The notes beneath the pieces are model-generated. The model ran no database searches and was not told the origin of the DNA. It saw only the letters and a program-made list of their open reading frames with translations. Positions 52,571 through 59,780 of a stretch of 59,780 bases of DNA are shown here, piece by piece. The DNA comes from an uncultured Holosporaceae bacterium. GTDB taxonomy: Bacteria > Pseudomonadota > Alphaproteobacteria > UBA3830. The stretch covers positions 1-59,780 of the forward strand of contig CAZEAT010000001.1 in the NCBI GenBank assembly GCA_964510175.1. The letters run 5' to 3'. How positions within the stretch are numbered: position 1 is the stretch's first letter; each line of letters opens with the position of its first letter. A program made the translations under genes and the position numbers.

Positions 52571-52809
52571 AAAACAAATTGATTGACCTAAATAATCATC
52601 TTTTTGCAGAACTGGAGCGGCTTTCGGATGAAGATTTGACAGGAGAGGCGTTAGAGAAAGAAATCCAGAGGGCAAATGCGATATGCGGAGTATCAACGCA
52701 GATCATAGCAAATGGACAGCTTGCATTGAACGCCGAGAGATTGAAACAGAACGCTATTTCCGCAGATTTCAAAGTCCCGTCATTCCTGGAGGATAAAGGC
52801 GATGCGTGA
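52567..52809 (+). CDS. hypothetical protein
   Basis: GTG start overlaps the upstream stop (GTGA). Confidence 0.4.
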   Translation: MKNKLIDLNNHLFAELERLSDEDLTGEALEKEIQRANAICGVSTQIIANGQLALNAERLKQNAISADFKVPSFLEDKGDA

Positions 52810-53452
52810 TATTCATAATTGGACGGATGAAGAAAAAGAGTTCCTCCGCAGATACGTCCGGGATCACACCTGGAGGGAAACGGCAGAGGAGTTCAACCGG
52901 AAATTTGATTGTTCTCTATCCAGGGACGCAATCAAGGCGGCTGGTGACAGGTACGGGATCAGGACGGGGAGAAACGGGAGGTTTGAAAAAGGCAGCATCC
53001 CGGCGAATAAGGGGAAGAAAATGTCCGCAGATGCTTACAAGAAATGCGCTCCGACTATGTTCTACAAAGGACAGCCACCAACTAACCATAAGCCGGTAGG
53101 AACGATCAGCGTCCGGAACAACTACAAAAGAGGGACAAAATGTGTTTATGAAAAGGTGGCAGAGCCTAATGTTTGGAGGAGAAAATCCGTCCTGGAATGG
53201 GAAAGACACAACGGCCAGGTTCCTAAAGGCAAAATGATTATTTTTGCAGATGGTGATCCTCTGAATACAGATATTTCTAACCTGATGATGATAGACATGT
53301 CACAAAATGCGGTGATGAATCACCAGGGAATAAGGGGAACCGACAGGGAAAGCATGGAAGCCGCCGTAAACGTGGCCTCTATAAAGATAAAAATATCAGA
53401 GAGAAAGAGAGGAATAAAAAAGCATGGCAGTAATAAAAGAGCTGAACGCTGA
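52802..53452 (+). CDS. HNH endonuclease
   Basis: ..WERHNGQVPKGKMIIFADGDPLNTDISNLMMI.. is an HNH_3-type motif. Confidence 0.7.
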   Translation: MRDIHNWTDEEKEFLRRYVRDHTWRETAEEFNRKFDCSLSRDAIKAAGDRYGIRTGRNGRFEKGSIPANKGKKMSADAYKKCAPTMFYKGQPPTNHKPVGTISVRNNYKRGTKCVYEKVAEPNVWRRKSVLEWERHNGQVPKGKMIIFADGDPLNTDISNLMMIDMSQNAVMNHQGIRGTDRESMEAAVNVASIKIKISERKRGIKKHGSNKRAER

Positions 53453-54209
53453 CCTGATACACCAGGCAAATTATAACAGTATGGGAGGAAAGAGAGGCGA
53501 TCTCTCTAATGCTTCTTACAAGGAGTGTGCAGAAAAAATTTTATCATGGCCGGTATCTGAGGAGAAGAAACAGAAGCTCCTGGATAAGCTGTATGAGAAA
53601 CGGAGTGAAATCCTGAAATATGAGGCGCAGCATGTAAGCGTTATGGTTGCCGGTCCGGCAAGATACAATTCCCGGAAGCTGGATAAATCAGACCGCATAA
53701 TAGAATTAACGTCGGAGCTTCACCAGTGGTTTAAAGACCTGGAGGAGCAGGTCCAGGAGAGCCAGAGGAAAGACAACAAGGCAGAGAGCCTTCTGAAAAC
53801 AATAGAGTTCTGCAGAAAGTCGGACAATCCATGTGATCCGACAGGCTACCTGGCAGAATTGGCAATGTACGATAACCAGTCCTTTATCCGGATATATGAG
53901 GAACTGTACCCGGAATACAAGTGGAGGAAAAACAGTAACATAGCAAAACTGTATCAGAAATCCGTTGCCGGTGAAATTAAGGAAATCCGGAAAGAGGTTT
54001 TCTTTGAGGATGAAAACCTGACCGCATACATGGAGGGCGACAGGGCATATATCAAATTCGTTATGAAGCCGAAAAGACAGCTCCACATTGCGCTGAAAAG
54101 CCGGGGATGGTGGTGGAATAGTTACCAGAGAGCATACAGCACATATCCGGATAGGCTGGATAAAGAGTGGGTTTCCTCTATCAGCTCCAGATATGCAAAT
54201 TACATTTAG
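53424..54209 (+). CDS. hypothetical protein
   Basis: 261 aa in-operon ORF. Confidence 0.45.
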   Translation: MAVIKELNADLIHQANYNSMGGKRGDLSNASYKECAEKILSWPVSEEKKQKLLDKLYEKRSEILKYEAQHVSVMVAGPARYNSRKLDKSDRIIELTSELHQWFKDLEEQVQESQRKDNKAESLLKTIEFCRKSDNPCDPTGYLAELAMYDNQSFIRIYEELYPEYKWRKNSNIAKLYQKSVAGEIKEIRKEVFFEDENLTAYMEGDRAYIKFVMKPKRQLHIALKSRGWWWNSYQRAYSTYPDRLDKEWVSSISSRYANYI

Positions 54210-54220
54210 GAGGAAAAGGG

Positions 54221-54466
54221 ATGGCACATAATTTGTATTGCGGAAATGGGAAATGCTCCGATTGCGGAAAAGATTGCCGTATTGATGAAGCTATTCCATG
54301 TTCTCCGGATTGTGAAAATCTGACCGTGGACGGAAAAATCAAGGTAAGGGAATGTCTGAAATCTGGATGTGATGAAATTAGGTACATCCTGGATATGGTC
54401 GGTAAGAGTGATTCTGAAATACTGGAGGAATACGGAGATATTACAGAGTACCCGTATAGCCTGTAA
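54221..54466 (+). CDS. Cys-rich small protein
   Basis: ATG after TAGGAGGAAAAGGG; CGNGKCSDCGKDC..CSPDC. Confidence 0.45.
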   Translation: MAHNLYCGNGKCSDCGKDCRIDEAIPCSPDCENLTVDGKIKVRECLKSGCDEIRYILDMVGKSDSEILEEYGDITEYPYSL

Positions 54467-54479
54467 GGAGGAGAGTATC

Positions 54480-54698
54480 ATGATACAGATTGAAGATATG
54501 ACCGGGAAAACCGGTGCATTATGTGAGGGAGTGAGGTTTAAGGCAAAGGATAAGTTGGGAAATGAGTACCAGTATCGGTACGAGGGAACCGAAAACACGC
54601 AGAACGGGTACAACATACATCTGCATAACCTGACAAATGGAACGGAAACGTATGTTGAAAAAGAGTGGTTCAGACAAAGGAAAATAGGCATTTTATAA
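54480..54698 (+). CDS. hypothetical protein
   Basis: ATG after AAGGAGGAG. Confidence 0.45.
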   Translation: MIQIEDMTGKTGALCEGVRFKAKDKLGNEYQYRYEGTENTQNGYNIHLHNLTNGTETYVEKEWFRQRKIGIL

Positions 54699-54707
54699 GG
54701 GGGAAGC

Positions 54708-55046
54708 ATGGAAATTACACCTACATCAATAAAAGGCTGTCATGAGCCTATAACGCAGTCAGAGAGTATGGAAGTGTTCGATCTGGTAAGGATGGTTGCA
54801 GACCAGCTTTCCAGGGCGATAGATACATCAATAATTTGCTTTCTGAATGACGTGATAGGCGGTGACTGGAGATATGAGGATGTTGTTCTGGAGAAGATAC
54901 CAGAGAGTCCAGACATTCCGGGAATGGCATGTTTTATTCTGTACCAGGAGAAACCGGTAGGGAGGATTCGACACACGGTAAATTCAGAGGGGCAAAAAAT
55001 AACAGCAGATATTCACATAGAAATCATGGAGGAGGTAAAAACGTGA
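54708..55046 (+). CDS. hypothetical protein (alternative start at 54768)
   Basis: ATG 54708 follows AAGGGGGAAG, but the first 60 nt contain the 32-nt repeat found in intergenic DNA at 23765. ATG 54768 (MEVFDLV..) is the alternative. Confidence 0.4.
   Translation: MEITPTSIKGCHEPITQSESMEVFDLVRMVADQLSRAIDTSIICFLNDVIGGDWRYEDVVLEKIPESPDIPGMACFILYQEKPVGRIRHTVNSEGQKITADIHIEIMEEVKT
54733..54755 (+). promoter_or_regulatory. copy 4 of the AAGGCT-N5/6-AG(C/G)CTATAACG motif
   Basis: Identical to copy 2 over 32 nt (54731-54762). Confidence 0.4.
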
Positions 55047-55333
55047 AAAGAGGAGATTTTAACAGAAAGCAGTATGACAGAGTGCGGAAGATGGATCACC
55101 GCCAGATGCAGGATTTTTTCAACCAGGTATATGATTCTGGGTATGTTGACGGGAAAAAGGAATCCCAGGAGGAGAGGCAGGTCCCGGAACTGATCGGACT
55201 GGAGGAGAAGTTGCAGGAAATCCGGGGAATAGGAGGAGCGAAAGCCAGGGCGATATGTGAGGCGGTAAAAGATTTTCTGAAAAGAAAGGTATCGGGAGCC
55301 GATGAAAACAGTTCTGCAGTATCCAGGGAGTAA
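55043..55333 (+). CDS. helix-hairpin-helix-containing small protein
   Basis: GTG start (GTGA overlap); HhH-like LQEIRGIGGAKARAI. Confidence 0.4.
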   Translation: MKRGDFNRKQYDRVRKMDHRQMQDFFNQVYDSGYVDGKKESQEERQVPELIGLEEKLQEIRGIGGAKARAICEAVKDFLKRKVSGADENSSAVSRE

Positions 55334-56117
55334 ATGGAATATATCACCGGAGATTGTGAAAAGAATACCAGAACATCATACATATTGTGAGCCTTATTTC
55401 GGAAGTGGTGCGGTATTTTTCAGCAAATCTCCAAGTGCTATTGAGCTTATAAATGACCTGGATAATAATGTGCCGACATTGTTCCGTTGCATCCGGGATG
55501 ATCCGGAGAAGCTGGCCGGAATTGTGGTGGCTATACCTTACAGCCGTTTTGAATACGAAAGAGCCTTTTATGCTGATGATGAAACAGACGATTTTTTGAG
55601 GGCAGCAAACTTCCTGATTACATGCTGGCAAGGTCACGGATTCAGGACAAACGGCTATCGGGTAGGGTGAAAAAATGATGTGCATGGTAGGGAGAGTATG
55701 TACGCCCTCCGGAATTGGTACAATCTTCCTGGAAAGATACTGGAGGTTGCTGAACGTCTCCGGTGCGTCCAGATAGATAACAGGCCGGCTCTGGAGGTTA
55801 TAAAACGGTTCAATTATCCGGATGTTTTCATGTATATTGATCCTCCCTATCTCTGGAAAACCAGGACGGCAAAACAGTACCGGCATGAAATGACGGATGC
55901 AGACCATGAACAGCTCCTCCGGGAGCTTCTTGAAACTAAGGCAATGGTGATGATAAGCGGCTATGAATCGGACATGTACAATGATATTCTGAAAGGCTGG
56001 CATAAAGAGCAATTCAAGTCACATGCCGAATATGGAGGTAACAGGATAGAAACTGTCTGGATGAATTACGAAAGGCAGCTTACTATACAAGAATTTCAGC
56101 AACAAAAATTATTTTAA
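55302..56117 (+). pseudogene. dam: Dam-family (D12 class) N6-adenine DNA methyltransferase interrupted by an in-frame TGA at 55668-55670
   Basis: N-terminal LQYPGSKW..EPYFGSGAVFF (AdoMet motif) in ORF 55302-55670. DPPY motif (YIDPPYL) in ORF 55680-56117. Both ORFs are in the same frame and separated only by a TGA where the family normally has Trp (..GYRVG*KNDV..). Confidence 0.7.
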
Positions 56118-56136
56118 ACCAGGAGGTAAAAGGAAA

Positions 56137-56484
56137 ATGAGCAATGTAGAAAGAAGAGTTTACAGTTCTTATGCTTTCAAAGAGGATGAAAGGGAAAAGA
56201 GCAAAATCAATCACGAGATATACGAGGAGCTGAAAGAACGGTATCGCATATCATCCAGCCGGGACAGATACAACATGGAAACAAAGCAAAGGGAGCCGAT
56301 CAATTTTGATGATTTTGACCTGGTATATGAGAGAAAGGCTTGTTATCATCATGGCGAGTATACGATCCTGAAAAATGAAACGGGTCTGTCCTCTGACGAA
56401 ATCGCTCTCATTCTGGACGGTGGAAATCTTTGCTTTGGTTACACTAGGCAGAGGGAAAATTTCTTTTATATTTTTGAGGATTGA
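56137..56484 (+). CDS. hypothetical protein
   Basis: SD AGGAGG; 115 aa. Confidence 0.45.
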   Translation: MSNVERRVYSSYAFKEDEREKSKINHEIYEELKERYRISSSRDRYNMETKQREPINFDDFDLVYERKACYHHGEYTILKNETGLSSDEIALILDGGNLCFGYTRQRENFFYIFED

Positions 56485-56487
56485 GCT

Positions 56488-56688
56488 ATGGAAAATCAAG
56501 GGATATTACTTTCGCAGAAAGAAAAAGAGATTATAAAAAGCTGTTTTTACATGGCACTGGAGGAGGGTTTATACCACTTTGACAGAATAGACCTTGACGC
56601 CGGAGAGGAGGACATAAAAGGAATTTTATCAAAGTTCGGCATGTCCGATCTGGAAATTGAAAAATTCATGAAAGAAGCAGCATGGTAG
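56488..56688 (+). CDS. hypothetical protein
   Basis: 66 aa in-operon ORF. Confidence 0.4.
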   Translation: MENQGILLSQKEKEIIKSCFYMALEEGLYHFDRIDLDAGEEDIKGILSKFGMSDLEIEKFMKEAAW

Positions 56689-56702
56689 GAGGACGGTAAG
56701 AT

Positions 56703-57302
56703 ATGGATTTATACAGAGGCAAGGCAAAAATGACCGGGGACTGGATCATAGGCGCCGCCGTTGTTATAGGGGAAAAGGCTCATATCCTGGGATCAGAGAG
56801 CTTGTTTCCGGAACGCCCGGCATATCATAGAATGGCTATGGGATGCGGAATCGAGGACAGAAATCTCCAGGAGAACGGCTACGAGGCAGCGGAATACGGC
56901 TGGGAGGAGGCTTTGGAGAGATACGAGGAAAATTTCCCTAAATGGATAGAAATAGAGCCGGAAACAGTCACAAGGTGCTGTGATAAGCACGATGTTCCGG
57001 GAAATGTTCTCTTTGAGGGTGATGTTTTCAGGAATCCGGACAATTTGCTCTTTGAAATCTGCTACGGAAAGTATATGGCTTTTTGTCCTGGGGATAAGGA
57101 GTGGATGGAAAATGTGGGCTTCTTTGCCGTTTCAATGGATGCGGCGAACCTATACGGAGTAAAAGAGCCTATGCCTCTGGGAACGACAGAGGAGTATGCT
57201 TTCCTGGTAGGCAATATATTTGACAATCCGGAATTGAGGCAGAGTGCAGGACAGGAAGCCGGGCAGGATGCGGCACAGCCTTTGCTCATGCCGGCAACAT
57301 AA
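56703..57302 (+). CDS. YopX-family protein
   Basis: ..GDWIIG.. at the N-terminus and the ..VGNIFDNPEL.. signature. Confidence 0.6.
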   Translation: MDLYRGKAKMTGDWIIGAAVVIGEKAHILGSESLFPERPAYHRMAMGCGIEDRNLQENGYEAAEYGWEEALERYEENFPKWIEIEPETVTRCCDKHDVPGNVLFEGDVFRNPDNLLFEICYGKYMAFCPGDKEWMENVGFFAVSMDAANLYGVKEPMPLGTTEEYAFLVGNIFDNPELRQSAGQEAGQDAAQPLLMPAT

Positions 57303-57337
57303 AAATGATAGAAAAAATAGGAGGCTTATGTTATAAT

Positions 57338-57940
57338 ATGCAGAGTATACTAAACAGGGAAAAGACCACAAAAAGGAAGCGTAGTAAAAAGAAAACCATC
57401 GGCATCATTGCGGCGGTAATTGTGATCCTGGGGATCATTGGTTCTGCAAATGGAGGAGAGGCCGCTGAACCGGCAAACGCTCCAGACGTCACAGAAAGCA
57501 CAGAGGAGGTTTTGGAACTGGTAAAGCAGGAAACTACCGATACTGTGATGGAAACGTCCCAGGAGGCTAAAATGGAGCCGGAGGAGGCAAAACCGGAGAG
57601 CGACAACCCTTTGATGAATATTGAAATCCGGATAGAGGACGTCGTGAACGGTGCCAAAACCGAGAAGATAGGAGAATGGGCTGAAATCCAGATCAGAAAG
57701 GAAACGCTGAAAGGAATTACCCAGGAGCAGTTTATCGAGTTCTGTAATGAGGTTGTAAAGGACAGCGGATATAATTGGTTCACAATCTCTTGTGAGGACG
57801 GAACCGGAATACAGTTTGCAGGTTCGATTTCCTATGTTTCTACATATGGCAATCTGGATAATGAGGGCTGTATCGCTGAATCTATCGGTACGATCACGCT
57901 CCAGGAGGACGGAACATACAGCTATACAGAAACAGAGTAA
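57338..57940 (+). CDS. membrane-anchored extracytoplasmic protein (last prophage gene; moron-like)
   Basis: Basic N-terminus plus a TM anchor (KKKTIGIIAAVIVILGIIGSA), then an acidic linker and a globular domain. Start is 57338 or 57305. Confidence 0.5.
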   Translation: MQSILNREKTTKRKRSKKKTIGIIAAVIVILGIIGSANGGEAAEPANAPDVTESTEEVLELVKQETTDTVMETSQEAKMEPEEAKPESDNPLMNIEIRIEDVVNGAKTEKIGEWAEIQIRKETLKGITQEQFIEFCNEVVKDSGYNWFTISCEDGTGIQFAGSISYVSTYGNLDNEGCIAESIGTITLQEDGTYSYTETE

Positions 57941-57954
57941 AAGGCTGGAGGAAT

Positions 57955-58004
57955 CCGGAATGTTTACATTTGTACGTTTTCGGTTACATTTCGTAAACAT
58001 CCGG
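57955..58004. promoter_or_regulatory. 50-nt imperfect palindrome containing an operator-like 13-mer
   Basis: CCGGAATGTTTAC (57955-57967) pairs with GTAAACATCCGG (57993-58004). The inner TTTACATTTGTAC (57963-57975) is the reverse complement of 4358-4370. Confidence 0.45.
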
Positions 58005-58068
58005 GATGCGATGCTGATCATATGACAGTTTTCTATTTCTCAGAAAATTGCGGCTGTGTAATAACCTA

Positions 58069-58095
58069 AATCGAGTGCGCGGTACTCGATTTTTG
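58069..58095 (+). terminator. terminator-like hairpin upstream of the cotH-like gene
   Basis: ATCGAGT (58070-58076) pairs with ACTCGAT (58084-58090), followed by TTTT. Confidence 0.55.
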
Positions 58096-58116
58096 CAAAG
58101 GAGATTATATTATACG

Positions 58117-59780
58117 ATGAAGATGAAACAGCGTGCAGTTCTGCTGATAGGACTTTTGATCATTCTTGCCGGGAGTTTTGCCGTGTTTTCAAAGGTTGAT
58201 TCAGCATACAATGCACAAGCGGCTGTAAGTGCATTAAACGAAACAGATCAGGGAAATACCTATATCAGCGTAGCGGGACACAAAATTGCTTTGTGGCGGC
58301 AAGACGGGTTAAGCTACGCTTTTCTTCCGTCAGCCTGTAAGGAAATGGGTTTGGAACCGGAAATATCAGAAGAAACAGATCCTGATTCTATCGTATGGCT
58401 GTATTCTGAAAACATTCCTGCAGTGTTTATTGATACGGAATCGGGGACGGCAGAACAGATCCATGCCGACAAAAATGTAAAAGAGGCAGGGTCCATTTCC
58501 ATTCTGGAGGCCGACAGTGGTGCCGGTTTTTGTATGCCGCTTTCCTATATCAAGAGCAGGGGCAACACTTCTTTTACTGCCTATGATAAAAAGTCTTATC
58601 AGATTAAATTAATGGATTCGGTCCCTTTCTTAGGCATGGATGCTGCTAAAAAGTGGATTTTTATTTCCAATGCATCGGATGCTACGCTCCTCAGGAACGC
58701 ATTGAGCAGAAATCTTGCGGATCATTTGGGTCTGCCGCAGTCAGAAGAAGGCGTTTTTGTGGATTTATATATAGATGGAGAGTATGAGGGAAATTATTAT
58801 GTTACACAAAAAGTGGAAGTGAAGGAAAATCGTCTGCCGATAACAGATCTGGAAGAGACGACCGAAATCGAAAACGATAACGAGGAGTTAGGTTCCTATG
58901 AAACGGTATGGACAGATACTACCAAAGCCAAACAGATTCCAATTGACCCGGAAGATATCACAGGCGGCTATTTAATTGAGAGGGATTTTGATAGTCGTTT
59001 TCTTGCAGAAGTGGAAATAAACAACAGTTATTTTATTACTGATGCAAAAGAGTCCTTTATTGTAAGATCACCGGAGTACGCTTCGGAAAAGCAGATTGCA
59101 TATATTGACGATTATATACAAAGTGTGGAGAATGCTATTTTATCTTATGAGGGAATCGATGGCAATAGCGGAAAATCTTATCAGGACCTAATTGATGTCA
59201 GTTCTTTTGTACGGAAATACCTCCTGGAAGAAGTGACAGCCAATTATGACGGCGGTGTGGCAAGCTCCTATTTTTATAAGGACAGAGATTCTGTCAGCGA
59301 TAAATTATTTGCAGGACCAGTCTGGGATTATGATGTCACATGGGGAAATTCCCCGTCTTATCTGGGGTATCTTTCAAGGTCTCCGAAGCGGTTGACAAGG
59401 CTTGCAGCCCATGATGATTCGTCTGTATGGTTTTCAGCATTATATGAAAAACCGGATTTTTATCAGGAAATGTGTGCCTGTTATGAAAGAGAAATAAGCC
59501 CTTATCTGCCGACGTTAGCATTGCAGGTACTTCCGCAGCTTGAAAAGACCACTGCGGCTTCTGCGGCTATGGACAGGGTTCGATGGGCGGCGCAGTATGC
59601 GGGAAATGAAGCATTGGGAAGCTATGAAGAAGAGATCGCTTTTTTGGAAGATTATATCCTTAGGCGGAAAGCATTTTTGGATCAGGCATGGATCGAGCAA
59701 GTGCCGGTTTATCAGATCGAACTGATAATTGAAAATGCTGTCTATGATACGCTGTATGTTTTTGAAGGGGAACCCATGCC
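58117..59780 (+). CDS. cotH: CotH-family protein (spore-coat kinase-like), 3' end outside window
   Basis: Not in the ORF track because it has no stop within the window. ATG 58117 follows AAGGAG. Signal/anchor MKMKQRAVLLIGLLIILAG. CotH-like segments (..YFYKDRDS..KLFAGPVWDYDVTWGN..). Confidence 0.7.
   Translation, partial: MKMKQRAVLLIGLLIILAGSFAVFSKVDSAYNAQAAVSALNETDQGNTYISVAGHKIALWRQDGLSYAFLPSACKEMGLEPEISEETDPDSIVWLYSENIPAVFIDTESGTAEQIHADKNVKEAGSISILEADSGAGFCMPLSYIKSRGNTSFTAYDKKSYQIKLMDSVPFLGMDAAKKWIFISNASDATLLRNALSRNLADHLGLPQSEEGVFVDLYIDGEYEGNYYVTQKVEVKENRLPITDLEETTEIENDNEELGSYETVWTDTTKAKQIPIDPEDITGGYLIERDFDSRFLAEVEINNSYFITDAKESFIVRSPEYASEKQIAYIDDYIQSVENAILSYEGIDGNSGKSYQDLIDVSSFVRKYLLEEVTANYDGGVASSYFYKDRDSVSDKLFAGPVWDYDVTWGNSPSYLGYLSRSPKRLTRLAAHDDSSVWFSALYEKPDFYQEMCACYEREISPYLPTLALQVLPQLEKTTAASAAMDRVRWAAQYAGNEALGSYEEEIAFLEDYILRRKAFLDQAWIEQVPVYQIELIIENAVYDTLYVFEGEPM

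Larger units (their letters stand above)
420..58060. mobile_element. integrated temperate siphovirus-like prophage carrying a serine integrase; both ends approximate
   Basis: Contiguous lysogeny, replication, packaging, head, tail and lysis modules flanked by host-type genes queA and cotH-like. Exact att junctions were not identified, as expected for the short cores of serine integrases. Confidence 0.75.

Noticed and set aside
55668-55670. TGA read as Trp (genetic code 4) or as selenocysteine
   Set aside because: Many genes in the window terminate at TGA, including coupled ATGA/GTGA overlaps. I noticed no SECIS-like hairpin immediately downstream. A point nonsense mutation is simpler.
43130-57940. 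The accessory arm as a separate nested element (satellite or ICE fragment)
   Set aside because: It has no integrase, replication-initiator or packaging genes and no flanking direct repeats. Its promoters share the GCTAAAGTA core with the phage immunity-region promoter. I treat it as phage cargo, though only comparative data can settle this.
57955-58004. The right-end palindrome as attR or as an intrinsic terminator
   Set aside because: An intact dyad is not expected for a hybrid attR half-site pair, and no T-run follows the stem. It is kept only as an operator-like element because of the shared 13-mer.

Overview
The window is almost entirely one integrated temperate siphovirus-type prophage of about 57.6 kb (roughly 420-58060). 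It lies between the 3' end of queA (2-340) and a cotH-like gene (58117 to window end). The host looks like a low-GC Gram-positive, probably Clostridia-like; this is an inference from the strong GGAGG ribosome-binding (SD) sites, CotH and the protein families present. From the left, a plus-strand Rha-like gene is followed by three minus-strand genes: a large serine recombinase, a PD-(D/E)XK-like gene and a CI-like repressor. All other genes are on the plus strand: cro-like/early genes, a RecT/exonuclease/replisome-organizer/DnaC-like module, RusA, an HD hydrolase and a sigma-like late regulator. Then come ParB-like, GT-like and MgsA_C-like genes, terminase, portal, head, tail, tape measure, tail tip and tail fibre. 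After the fibre gene come the TR and reverse transcriptase of a diversity-generating retroelement (DGR), then XkdX, holin and endolysin. A 0.9-kb AT-rich gap with phased repeats follows, and then a 14-kb accessory arm made of two operons that start with a duplicated promoter/leader cassette. The clearest special system is the DGR, whose TR/VR pair differs only at adenines and targets the tail-fibre C-terminus. Its RT is split by a 1-nt frame change and no avd gene is visible. Other observations:
- a DndC-like PP-loop / radical SAM / ASCH gene string of unassigned function;
- a Dam-family methylase interrupted by an in-frame TGA;
- a C10 tract that toggles a nuclease-like lysogeny gene;
- phased palindromic TAACGTTA arrays;
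- a four-copy oriented motif ahead of late gene blocks;
- a shared GCTAAAGTA promoter family.
No rRNA, tRNA or CRISPR array was recognised. Family assignments come from motif recognition by eye, not database searches.
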